Source: Lingula anatina
Lineage: Eukaryota; Animalia; Brachiopoda
DNA: 64,000 nt
Direction: 5' to 3'
Assembly (NCBI GenBank): GCA_051362555.1
Contig: CM120645.1
Span: forward strand, 1,054,001-1,118,000
The notes beneath the pieces are model-generated. The model was not told the DNA's origin and ran no database searches. It was given only the letters and a program-made list of their open reading frames with translations. This document shows, piece by piece, positions 52,245-64,000 of the stretch; the first letter of the stretch is position 1; the number at the start of each line of letters is the position of its first letter. The translations under genes and the position numbers were made by a program.

Positions 52245-52653
52245 CTTTACATGCAGTGCAAACTAAGTCTCCTGCCAGGACAAAAGCTGCACAGTACTGT
52301 AACAACCGGTAGATATACGCATCCACCCACTTCTACAATGAAGAGGTTAACTACAGTGAACATACCAACACCAAGAAAGACAACAACTACAGTTAAGACA
52401 ACAACTACACCAACGCCAACAACTATAATAAATACAACTAAGGCAACTCCACCAACAACACCTAAGCCATCAACTACAGTAAAGACAACTAAGGCAACTC
52501 CACCAACAACACCTAAGCCATCAACTACAGTAAAGACGACGACGACAACAACTACAACAAATAGGACGCCAATACAGACATCAACCATGGCAAAGACACC
52601 AGCACCAACCATAACTACAGGAAATATGGCAGCAGCAGCAGCAGCAACAACGG
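52245..52653 (+). CDS. Same gene, exon 2 (Thr/Pro/Lys-rich mucin-like stalk)
   Basis: Acceptor tttcttttacag|CTT. T/P-rich sequence with a duplicated 17-aa unit TTKATPPTTPKPSTTVK. Donor ACGG|gtatga, phase 1. Confidence 0.8.
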
Positions 52654-52671
52654 GTATGAATCCCATATTTC

Positions 52672-52723
<52 letters not shown>
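52672..52723. repeat. (TAT)n microsatellite in intron 2 of the lectin gene
   Basis: Direct reading; produces the spurious poly-Leu tail in the ORF track. Confidence 0.9.
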
Positions 52724-52904
52724 GAAACAGGGAATACTATGAAATTTAGAAAAATAATATGCTAGCTGTTGCGTTACTGAATGAAAAAAAAGGATTCTTA
52801 TTTAGGATGCATTCTATACAGATAAATACATGTAAATTCCCATTAACTGAATTCTGTATTGTATGGAGATACATCTACCTTAGTGCAGACTTTTAGTTGT
52901 TCGC

Positions 52905-52906
52905 AA

Positions 52907-52954
<48 letters not shown>
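52905..52954. repeat. (AAAT)n microsatellite
   Basis: Direct reading. Confidence 0.95.
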
Positions 52955-53040
52955 GTGCATAACCAAATGAATCACAAACATGCAAGAAAGGAATAGATAA
53001 TTAATTTCTATCGTTACTATCTATTTTTGGTTTATTTTAG

Positions 53041-53217
53041 TGAAACCTTGTCCTCCTGGGCTTGACAATAAATATAGAAACAGTTGCTATGGTTACTTCC
53101 GTGCTCATATCACGTGGACAGCGGCACAGCGGCATTGTAACGCTCTGAACGGGTACCTGGCAGAAATCGGGTCATCGCGGGAACAAGCTTTTATAGCTTA
53201 TTTTGCTCAACATATGG
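53041..53217 (+). CDS. Same gene, exon 3 (C-type lectin domain, N-terminal half)
   Basis: Acceptor tttattttag|TG. Encodes VKPCPPGLDNKYRNSCYGYFRAHITWTAAQRHCNALNGYLAEIGSSREQAFI, the classic long-form CTLD start (CP..., SCY, W..A...C....G.LA.I.S..EQ.FI). Donor ATGG|gtaagt. Confidence 0.88.
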
Positions 53218-53377
53218 GTAAGTTTTCGAAATTCAGTTTTGGATCATTCATATGAATAATTAAATCATGCGTTTAATAATCGACCTAGGCATTTAGAAAA
53301 CGGTCAAGTTGACACCTATCGCTTGATGTCAATGGAAATTGTGCCCGAACTAAGAAAAAAATTTCTTTTTGTTCCAG

Positions 53378-53637
53378 GTTCAAAATACGACAGAGGTATT
53401 TGGCTTGGTGGCCGAGTAGATGACCAGCGCCCTGGATGGTATTGGGCACACAGTGGGCGCTACTTGACACACGGCTACGCCCATTGGTTCGACAGGTCAT
53501 ACGGGTCCAAACCGACCCCCAACCAACGCTTGATGCTGTTTGGGTCATATTTTGGGCGTTCACACAAGTATACTTGGGCGTCTGCGTCAGAGGATGGGGC
53601 ACCCGTTGATGCCTATGTCTGCGAGGCTGACGCGTAA
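53378..53637 (+). CDS. Same gene, exon 4 (C-type lectin domain, C-terminal half)
   Basis: Acceptor tttgttccag|GT. Encodes GSKYDRGIWLGG...WYWAHSG...Y.HW...AYVCEADA*, with the CTLD 'WLG' and terminal 'YVCE' motifs. The four exons sum to 1140 nt, giving 379 aa. AATAAA at 53962-53967. Confidence 0.85.
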
Positions 53638-54811
53638 AAGAGAACTGTTAAGGAAAAGAGAACTGTTAATAAGGAAAACAAAAACATTTCCACATTTTTA
53701 TTTTTAATTTTTTGAAAGGGAGGGGAGGGGGGTGATGGCCATTTGGCCAGTGCGTGTCTTTTTATTTATTTATCTATTTATTTGTTTGTTTGATTATCTA
53801 CTTCTATCTACTAATTATTTTAGGGAGTTAGGGTCTTCTTATTTCTGGAGGAAGCTCTATCAGATTTGAAAGTTTTCTGCACTGGTATCAACTTTACGTA
53901 TTTACATGTGTCCAAAAGCTATGGTTCCTTGTAATAACTTGACACCGAAAGCAATTCTGGAAATAAATGTGTAATGTTAGCAACCCTGTCTTTACCTATA
54001 ATGCCTTAAAATAGACATATGTGCTGTATTTTTTATAATCCCGGTGTAACAAAACTGAGGGTACGTGTAACAGAAAGTCCGCCCTCTATTTAATTAAAAT
54101 GGTTAGGGTTAACCTGGCCTAATTGGGTCAGGATCTAGGGCAAGGCAGCCATGATAGAAGGTGGGCGTACCATATGGTGTAATCTCAAGTCATGTCCCAT
54201 TTCTTTATCAAAGGACTCGATGCATCGTACTAGGCCGGGCTGTGCCCTATCGAGAGCTTTCAGCTTATTGCCATGTATACCTATTGCTCGTTGTTATTAC
54301 TGGTTTTGCATTTATAGATTTCAATGGTTTGAAATTGGGCTTATTGTTTCACCCTGAGCCTCCTTACTAGATGGTCAAATATATTGACAGTTAAAAATAA
54401 AAATGATAAGGTTATGGTTGCTTCAACACATTTAGTTTGACTTTTGTCGCAGCCGATTGTGCTGGATCGCTAAGAGCTGTCTCTCCTACTACAATCAATA
54501 AGTGACTGGTGTGGTGGGTGGCAGAAGCAACGGTTTTAGGACCACCAGACGGCGAAAAAAAAAACACATACTTGTCTAGGTCACATCACATTAAGAGAAA
54601 ACGTTTTAATTCTGAATAGATATTACGGCATTTTTGTAGTGTATTTTTAAATAATGAGTAGATGGAGTAATTTGTTTTTTAAAAACTCTGAATTTTTCAA
54701 AATTAAAATTCTGAATAGGAATTGCGCAATTTTTAGTGTATTTTTAAATAGTGAGTAGATGAATTTGTCCGAAGAAAGAAAAACAAGACTGAACTAACAT
54801 GTAGAAAAAGA

Positions 54812-54817
54812 TTTATT
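54812..54817 (-). terminator. Candidate Wnt5 polyadenylation signal (AATAAA)
   Basis: tttatt on the plus strand, followed on the minus strand by U-rich sequence (ttgtttttctttctt). Other AATAAA hexamers lie closer to the stop codon, so the assignment is tentative. Confidence 0.35.
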
Positions 54818-55847
54818 ACACCAATGTATGATAAGTCATTCAATTGATAATTATCACACGACAGCATCTACAGCATAGCGACCTCTGTCGGAATTAATTT
54901 CAACATCAGTTCGATATCGATTCAGTCAGCTTCTCTCGAAAAGTACTGAACAATACATTTTTATTTCTTAGAAAAATGGTACATGTATTCCTAAGTGCAG
55001 AGTAAATGTATTCATTGGAAAAAGGCAAAAAATAACTTAGAACAATCTAGTGTATCTGTTTATTTGTAATATATTTTCATCGAATCAAAGTTAAAAAGAG
55101 AGAAACAGCGAGATAGAGAAAGTTGAAACATTTCTCATTTTCTCTAGTAAGAACAACATAACAGTTACAACATTCGGAAAGAAAATTATACGCTACCATG
55201 GACTTGGCTTATTCAGAGTTTTAAAGACGTGCTATTGATCGAGAACCTTGTGGCTCGTAAGGATCAGGGAATAATGTGACGAGTATACACAGTATCGAAG
55301 GTGAACCGAAAGAGTATTGTTCTGCGTGAAATCAGGCAGTTAGATGCGATAGCGATCAAAGGTTGCAGATCTGTTGATAAACGTCCGATAATCCGTTCCG
55401 CCAAAGCAGTCTCACTGCAAAAATGCTGACATTTATTATACGGATGCATTTTATGAATATTCTTTTGAAATCGTTCGCGTTCGAAATCAGCGTCTATTCA
55501 TCTCTGGTGGTATTGCCCCGGGCGGCGAGTTAGAGCAGCCCCGGGACACACAATATCATGTGTCAATCATGACTTTTCTGAAAAACAACTTGAAGAAAAA
55601 TAAATGCACCGGATAACCCCGAAAAACAACCCCGCTCACGCACATGTTTTCAGCGTGTATTCACTCTGCCAGTTATATGTTCAGTGGATCATGAGAGGTT
55701 GTCACTAGAGCTGTCTGCCGTGTGATGTGGTTGATGACAAATGTGAAAATCGACAGTGTCATTGTGGATGTGATTGATGGGAGAAAGGTGCCATTACGGG
55801 GCTCACTGACGTGGAGGTTCCTAGAGGGCTTGCTGATACCTGGGTGC

Positions 55848-56013
55848 TTTCTCTCTCACACATACATACACATACTCTTTCTCCCCCTCCCTCTCTTCTC
55901 TGTCTCCTCACTCGTAAAATTTTCTCTCTCTCCTTCTTTCTCTTTTCTCTATTTCTTTCTCTCTCTCTCTATTCTCTCTCCCTTCTCTGTTTCTCTCTCT
56001 CTCTCTCTCACAA

Positions 56014-56052
<39 letters not shown>

Positions 56053-56060
56053 CACACACT
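55848..56060. repeat. (CT)/(CA) compound microsatellite, probably within the Wnt5 3' UTR
   Basis: Direct reading. Confidence 0.85.
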
Positions 56061-57395
56061 CAGCTTCTTGGCTATGACAGGTTAGTAATATTGGATTTTT
56101 AGCAGGGCAGTTGTGTTGACCAAGTTTGTTACTTATTTAATTTCACGTAGTTGCCATAATTTAGTGGTTATCAGTATATTCTTTTTTCTCTTACGAAGCT
56201 GCAGGGGTATGAGTAAATTTATGTAGTTTATACATGAAGATGAGAAATATTTTAAAAGTAAACTTATATGTTATCACAAAGCCCCATGCTAGTAGCTACA
56301 AGAAAAACTTCAAAACTTCTAACATTTATAATCTTACGTTTTTTCCTTGCCAACCCGCGCACTTAACATAATAAATTGAACTGAGGTAACACGTTCACGG
56401 TAACATTGACAATTGTAAAGATAATTTGGGTGAAAGATAGCAGTACAAAGTGTGACTTTTAAAATAAGACCGACATTATTATGCCAGTTGTTATGAAGCT
56501 GAAATGAAATCTAAATCCCTATATTGGTATGTTAGCATATTCTCAATTATACATAATAAAGTTATATCATAAATTACGCTAATAAAGTTGTGTATATCTT
56601 TGACTTCCAATACACATCTTCAGACCATTCTTAAGATTTTTTTTCGCCTGCGTTATTGGCATTTTTCCTTCCTCTTATTTATTAAAAAATTGTAAATCGA
56701 ATTTTTTAAACATTCAGCATTATATACATTTTATCTAAACGCCCTTACCGCTTCTGCAATATCTATAGTACAAATATGTACAACTATATAATGTTTAAGA
56801 AACAAGTTCATTCTGCTGGCGAATTTTTTAATATATCCTGCTTGAGATATGCATGCCACTTTTCACAGTGTTGAGGTCCATATACGCCTTCCACAACAGC
56901 CTTCATTTTTTCCGCCATTTTTGTAACATCGTAGAATGACGTCATTATCGTCTATGACGTCACGAATACGTCACCAACGGTGGCTTGAAGCTTTAATTCA
57001 TCTCTGTTTCCACACCTATTAGGCTTCAAATAGATAAAAATTCATGCTCGTGCTAACCCCTGGCAAAAGAATATCAAAGAATCACTTGTCATCACTCAGA
57101 TGATTCCCATGTTCTCTGGGCGGTGAAGACATCGTCTGTCCAGTATGAGTATTCAAATTGCAGGAAGCTGGTCGCCATGTGTGATACAGTTTCTACTTTC
57201 ACAATAATGGCGCCGTTTTCCAGCTCTGCGATATATTTATCACTGATGAAACGACTTCTCGCCGAACCCTCAGTTTCCCTTGTGTTGAGTAGAGTGTTTT
57301 TACATTTCTCTGACGAAGGGGGATATTTCAACCCTTGTCCCAGAATTCCTAATCTCTCTTCCTCCACCCCCCTCCAACCGTCTGTTAGTGTCGTG

Positions 57396-57857
57396 TTACT
57401 TGCACACCTCAACGTCCACTATCTTCTCACACGTGTCACACTTGACGTAACAACACCAGTGGAACTTACAGTGACATCTCTCCTTCACTTTCTTTTTAAA
57501 CGAGTTGAATCCCCGCCCGCAGCACATAAGGGCGCACCCTCGCGTGCTCTCCGACCGCCTGTCGCACTGTCTGCCGTGTGTGCCCAGGGAACCCGTCTTA
57601 GGGTCCGGCTCACAATAGTCCGGAGACCTGTCTAAGTAAATTAAGTCGTCTTTTGTGGGCTTGTTGTAGAGTTTGTTCGCCCTGTCTAACCGCGTCCCCT
57701 GCCGGTTGAAATGCACCTCCGTAGCGCCGTCGTATTTGTCTTTAAGGCGCTCGCCTACTTCGCGGAATGGCGGGAGTTGTTGCCAGCAAGTCTTCAAACT
57801 GCACGAGCCCGAGACACCGTGACATTTGCATGCAATCTTCCCGAATTTGTAGACAGC
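57396..57857 (-). CDS. Wnt5: Wnt5 terminal coding exon (gene continues beyond the right edge of the window)
   Basis: Acceptor ttttaccttag|GCT. Encodes [28 protein letters not shown]...KDKYDGA...SPDYC...TGSLGTHGR...[28 protein letters not shown]. The [17 protein letters not shown] and [15 protein letters not shown] segments match the Wnt5 subfamily. Confidence 0.92.
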   Translation of the reverse strand, partial: AVYKFGKIACKCHGVSGSCSLKTCWQQLPPFREVGERLKDKYDGATEVHFNRQGTRLDRANKLYNKPTKDDLIYLDRSPDYCEPDPKTGSLGTHGRQCDRRSESTRGCALMCCGRGFNSFKKKVKERCHCKFHWCCYVKCDTCEKIVDVEVCK

Positions 57858-58889
57858 CTAAGGTAAAAAAGAAAAAAGAAAAGAAAATTAGAGGTGTATC
57901 GCTTTTTATTGTGACAATAAGTTAATTGGTGAAGTTTTATGTATTTGGTTTAAAGCATAAAGGTCTTAGTACCTCGGGTATGGCATATAATGTGTAAACT
58001 ACAACAGTCAAATCTTAATGAACACTGACAAATGTATGTATTACAATGTATTACAGCGCTGTTACTAAACTTTACTGAAATACTTATGCGTGCTATATTT
58101 AACATAGGAGAAGAACGAGTTGATTTCGTCTTAAGGCTAAAAGTATGGGCTTTATAAGTCACTCGATTGATATATGAATTAGCAATTTAGCTACAGCGCA
58201 TTTTGTAACCATCAGTTTTGATATATATTAAAACGGTCCAAAAATAAGAGTGATAGTTTAATTCCTGTAAGTTTTAAGCTTACTTAAACTACATGATTGC
58301 CCCTACTGCATATCATAACCTATCTGGAAATATTTTAATAGGCATCCTTTTCGCGTAACGATTGACTAGTGAAAATAATTGGTTTACAAATCATTTGTGC
58401 GCGTTTCCTTTTCCGGCCACCTCGTATTAGTGAGAATTTTATTATATTTGCTCGACATTATAATGGTAGGAAGTAAACATATACTTTCCGTAGAACCCCT
58501 AGGCTAGCGCAAATCAACCGCGTTAAGTGAAAAACTCAGCAAACTCAATAAATCCGACAATATTGAAACTTTTTCAGCTTGATTGCGTTTGCTTGAAGGG
58601 AAGGGGAGCAAGTATACGTATCGGGTCACGACTGCAGGTCTACTGCTTATTACAGAGGAAGTGACAGAGCTGAGAAACATTATTAAATGACGTGAATGTT
58701 TGAGATATGTTGTGAATGGTGTAAGAGGCAAAGGGGGGAGATACATATACATGTAGGAGATAGGGGTGGAACCGGTGGCTTTTTACTTGTACAGTAATAC
58801 ACATGAAAATTGATTGTTTGTGGAAAGTAGCATTGAAACGCTTGCGATTTCAGATTTATTTTAGTGATGGGATTTGGCTTTAAACGATT

Positions 58890-58921
<32 letters not shown>

Positions 58922-61900
58922 CCCCCTCTCTCTTTTCCTCTCTCTCTCTCTCTCTCACTGACCAGTAGATCTCGGGCTATTTCCCCCTGAAGAGTTCCAG
59001 TAGGGAAATTAACCACAGCTAACTTTAGGGTTCATTGCACGTGATCGGGGTGAGAGAGGTGAGGCGACAAATTAGTTTTCTTTCAGCGCTCCACTGACAC
59101 TAATACCCAACAGCAGTTTCAATGCGCAGTTTTTGCTGGGGAAGGTGTGTTGGAGCGAGAGGGGGACCCGCTGGATGGGTGGGTGGCTGGCGGGGCGAGG
59201 GCGGGGAGGGCATGGAGGGGGAGGGCGCCAAAGGGGGGGTGGGGCATCGACAGAGGGGGTGGGGCACATATGGAGGGTTGGGGCGCTATTGGTATCATAG
59301 TATACTAAAGCAGGTGTAAGAAGAGGCTTTTAATACTTAAGCGTGGATAAATTAACAAATTTATGCTTGATATTTATGCCCTCGAAATGCTTTGCAACGG
59401 AATACTTTTGGTGTGAATTTTGGATATTTTTGTGCCACCGCGTTGCAAAGTACACCCGCTCTGGCTGTTATAACCCAGTTAGAGAATCACCCCATTTCGC
59501 TGGCCGAAGAACCTATACGTAGAACTAAACAAGCGCAATTCAATGAAACTCGATGGCAACTACAAGGCAGGGGAATTATTTCATCTTTTTTCTCTAATAG
59601 ATTTCGTGTTCGCCTGGTTTCAGATGGGGATAAACGTATCATTTCCTCAGCATGCTGTGTTGGTTTTCACTTGCCATGTACAATGAATTCGTTGTGCCGC
59701 AGTGTGTCGTCCCATTTGAAGACGACGTCTGCTTCAACTTCCTAAACACTGAACATAACAAGCAGCTCCTGATGTTCTTGGTCCGTGGGGTCTCAATCGG
59801 AGTCAGAAGTATTCTAAGCAAACGCAGGTTTTCATTTTTAGAAACCAGAGTTTCATGTTTTACATCAAATGTCGGGAAAATTCATCGTCAAGGCAGCTGA
59901 ATCTTAGGAATGGGTAACGCGAAACTGGAACTTTTTCTGAAACTTATTTGATGAATTTGTCTTGGTATTCGTTAGCGTGACTATCACGAGAAACGGATCA
60001 GAAATTGACCAGAAAGACGAAAAAATTTAAGTATATGTCGACTGATATTAGCAATACTAAATTATATTTGCCATGTTTAATTATATGTCAAATACCATAT
60101 CAAATCACATATCACTTTCTTGTAAAAGAAACTAACAAAAGAGAAATACATGAAACGGTGGGTATTTTTTCAAGTGTGTGTGTGTGTGACTAAAAACCTT
60201 CAGTTCTAGATGTTTTGTTTTGGGTTCCTATATACCAGCATGCCAAGTTCCGATGACTGAAGAACATAATACGGAGGAAAGACTGAATCACATCTCAAGA
60301 AACAATCTCCTCTCTCCTAAACATTCTCACGCAAATTTAACCAAGGTGAAACAGTCACGTTCTAGAGCGGCACGGTAGAAAATTCGGTAAATTGCTTGCT
60401 AAGTCCCGTGTTTCCTTGTTTTTACGTCCCGCTAGCTTTTCTCGTTACTGGAACGCACCCTACTAGTATTTTTACACCGATAGTTTGCCAGCCGATGACA
60501 GGTTCAAAGAAAGGGAAAATTAAAACAGAATTCCTTAATACAGACGCTAATGTCTTAGCAAACGAGACGTTAAATTATTTCAACGGCCATTAGAGCGTGA
60601 TGGAGAAACTTTGGAAAGGGTAACAAAGTGAGATCGATATAGACTGAATCTCATTTTGGAAGGATGATATTAATTTTATGTTGTATGCGAAAAAATAATA
60701 CATGTAAACTAGATTATAAAACACTCTATAATATGCTTAACCTTTGGCAACCAATAAATAGTTTCCTTGTGTTGATGGATCTTATAAAGTATATCTTTCG
60801 GATTTGATACACACCGACTCTTTTATCTGTTCTAATTTGGTTTACGCTAAAGTAACACCGATAACTGCATTCGGATGTGATTGTATCACATTGGAAAAGT
60901 AAAAACAGATGTATTTTACCTTTTCTGAAAAACCACTTCGCTTGCATTTGAAACACATGCACAGAGTGATACTGTGTATATATCTATGTGTTGCATAACC
61001 GCAAAGCCAAGATTGCCGTCATTTTGCCAGCTTCCATGCGACTACCAGGATGTCCAAGAGTTCATTGTCGGCCAAAGACATAAATAAATCTACACTTGTT
61101 AGTTTTTGTTCAGTAATTTTCTCTTGGGCGAACGAATGCGTAAACAACACAAAAATGCAGCCAAGATCTTCACCTAACTGTACGTACACGTACACCATTT
61201 TCTGTTTTAACTCTTCGTCAAAATTAAATATTATTGAGATTTTTAGTACCTTTCACTGATCGCATATTCAAATGTTATTTAAGGAATTTCTGAAAGTATG
61301 CAGACCAATACAGTGTATTAAAAGCATATGTATATATGAGAAATATATTCTAAGATACAAGTTCGATGTAAAACGGTTGCTATCGAGTCACATTTTTAGG
61401 AGTCACTTTGAAGACAAAACCCATATCAGAAATAAACCAAAAAGTTGCATACGCAAGGTAGAAAGCAAGTAATTCAGCACATATTGACGATGAGGGCCAT
61501 ATGTAAAATAAGTGTATACTCTACAGCCCGGGAGCCACTGGCTGATTTGACGGTTATTTTGGAAAATATTAGATTTGGCCTCGTTTTCAAAACGTGGAGT
61601 GGTAGCCCCAAAAAAATTTGGCGGGAGACGAAGGCATAGAGACAGGTAAGTTGTACATGTGTTTGTGGAATGAACAGTAGATTTAAATACTAATGAATTT
61701 GACGGGACAATACAGTATATGCTTAAGTTACATTTTATACACCGAATAAGTCTTCGTGTATCGATTTCACTGAGTATTCTCTAAAGTTACTGGCGATTAG
61801 CAAAATGGCCGCACACAAAACGTCATTGTAAACATTGACTTTTGAACTGTGCCAAATGCAGCTTAAGGGTTTTTTTCTTTATCTGTTCCTGTTTTTTCAT

Positions 61901-64000
61901 AGTTTGGCAATATTTTTTGAACATATCAAATTTTTAAGATGTGCGATGGCCTGTAATTTGTAGAATTTCAACATTTCCAACAAGCTGTTTTTTCACCGTA
62001 CGGGGTACCTATCATTTAGTTGATCGAGTGATGGCAGTGGCTTTCTGGTCTCATGCATGGAATGAATGTCACCGTATAAGTGAAATGTTTGAATCTTGGC
62101 TTCTCATGCAATTTCTTCGTGTTTTAATGTGAAAAGGATGAAGTGGATTGCGAAATAACATTGTCATCCAACCTGCATACACGTATACGTATGTGCATAT
62201 CGTGGTGTACCAGTACTTGTTTGCAAAGCGGTGGGGAGGGGGGGGGGGCTTTGGTACCAGTAGTTGTGAAAGATACAGTATTGTAAAGTAACCATAGGCA
62301 TGTTTTGAAATATATGAATCGTAAATTATGTCTTTTTTGCTGGGGGCGGGGGGGTTAAATGTATCAATTGTGTTAATTTTTCTAGAAAAAAAAACATGTA
62401 AACACAAAATAAGTTTTATTGCATTGGTTGGGGGTTTTGAGGAGAAGAATGTCATAAAAATGCAAGTTTAAAATAGGTGAATAATATATGTATGTGTGTA
62501 TGTACATTAAATGAAACAGGCTCTTCAATGATGAGGGCATATGATAGTGATGTGGTGCTCTGACTTGCATGTGTTTTCTAATTTTTTCATGCCTTGATTC
62601 AAATTGGGTTTTTGAATTATGATGGGTGTGCAACTTTGCCCAAAGTTCAGTTTCAAATGTTTTTTTAATAATCACTGTTATGAATTAAGTATAAATAGTG
62701 CAGTTTAAGGTAAAGATTGTAAATATAGTGCTGTTTAAGATTGATTGTTACAGTTTACCTATTACAAAGATTGCAATAAATTATGATTAATTTCATTGTG
62801 TATGTGTGTGAGCAATTGATAAATGTAGTTAGAATTTTTTTATGATATTCTTTTAAAAACTCTATTATTTATTCTAGGCTTGAATAGCATGAATGGGACC
62901 AGGATTATTCCTTTTGCCGTGCAATTATCATAACAAAAGCGCCCATCATTTTGTGTGGCAATGAACACCACAACCTCTGGGATACTTCTAAGGGATGAAA
63001 AATATGTGCTCTTGCTAATATAAATAGTTATTGGTTATCAGTACATAGAAATGCAGTTTGTGAAATCAATTTAGGTTTTAACCACATGAAGTTAGTTAAA
63101 AGTGTATGTGCAACTAAGTTAACAATACATTGTTTTATTTTTACTGTGCAGGTTTTTTTATATATGTGTAGCTTATAGATAATATCTACTTATCAGAATA
63201 CAAGTAAAACAAGTTTATTCAAATGCAAATATGGATTGATACCTGGTATCACTGAAAGAAAATTAACATGACATCTTTGGGAAAATTTATGAAATTATAT
63301 TATTTGTAAAAATTCTGGTCCACTGTGTAAAGGGAAATTGTGTGTTAGATGGTTAAATATATATATGTGTACCAATCAAGTAAAGTAGCATTGAATTATC
63401 ACCTACTGGGTAATTAATGTACAATGTAATGTAAAATAACTATTTTGCAATGTACACGTCTCACTGGTAAAATATTTCAGGCTAGTTGAATTTTATGTAA
63501 AATTAAAATAAAATATATAGCAATGTGATTAAATGTAAATTGTCTTTCATTTGTTATTTTTCATATTTAATGAAAGGAATACCCTCATCAGTTGGCCTCA
63601 TGTAATAAAAAGGTTTATCTACAATGAAAAAAAATGTTAAAGTTCATTTGTATTAGCACCGTGGTAAGTGCCAAGAAAAAAATTATTTCATTGTCCCCAA
63701 TACCCAGTTGCTCTATATAAGTAATACTGTGTGAAGGACAAACTAAAACGAGACTGAAGCTCATGAGAAAGCACTAAGTCAAAGCGAGGCTTATATGCGG
63801 ATATCGTAAGTGAGAATTTTCAGGCTGACATGGCCGTGAATTGATTTGTGCCATTCACAGCTTAAGGCAAAGTTCTTTACATGCTTACATTGACAGAAAG
63901 CTGAATAAATTTTCCACAACTTGTAGTAATTTCAAGTTGTGCGGAGGCCTCTATAGGTACAAAAATCAAAATCAAAAACGAACTTCCGTAATAGCTTTAA

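Noticed and set aside
52247-52666. Val/Gly-rich 139-aa ORF on the minus strand
   Set aside because: Antisense shadow of the Thr/Pro mucin exon.
52654-52742. Poly-Leu 'transmembrane or GPI tail' ending the 170-aa ORF
   Set aside because: It comes from a (TAT)n microsatellite just after a phase-compatible donor at 52654, so it is intronic unless intron retention is shown.
57123-57635. 170-aa plus-strand ORF
   Set aside because: Antisense to the Wnt5 exon and UTR, with no recognisable motifs.
57858-64000. Further Wnt5 exons
   Set aside because: I saw no Wnt-like peptide (e.g. WGGC, HNNEAGR) in this interval; treated as intron.

Overview
Animal (bilaterian invertebrate, probably lophotrochozoan; this is inferred from gene content and microsatellite style) genomic DNA, AT-rich, with long introns. 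The main content is a tandem Wnt5-Wnt7 pair on the minus strand. Wnt7 is complete, with four coding exons I assembled by hand (37531-37610, 29900-30126, 17138-17409, 4037-4519; 353 aa). Only the last coding exon of Wnt5 is present (57396-57857); its upstream exons lie beyond the window. Between the two Wnt genes sit (i) an array of 10 near-identical tRNA-Val(AAC) genes (44128-50459, minus strand) and (ii) a four-exon plus-strand gene encoding a secreted protein with an unrecognised helical region, a mucin-like stalk and an atypical C-type lectin domain (51136-53637). All ten tRNAs carry a C3-A70 acceptor-stem mismatch and share an upstream motif at a fixed position, and two MITEs with 5-bp target-site duplications are inserted in the spacers. 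Most ORFs in the supplied track are spurious (microsatellite, antisense or intronic).
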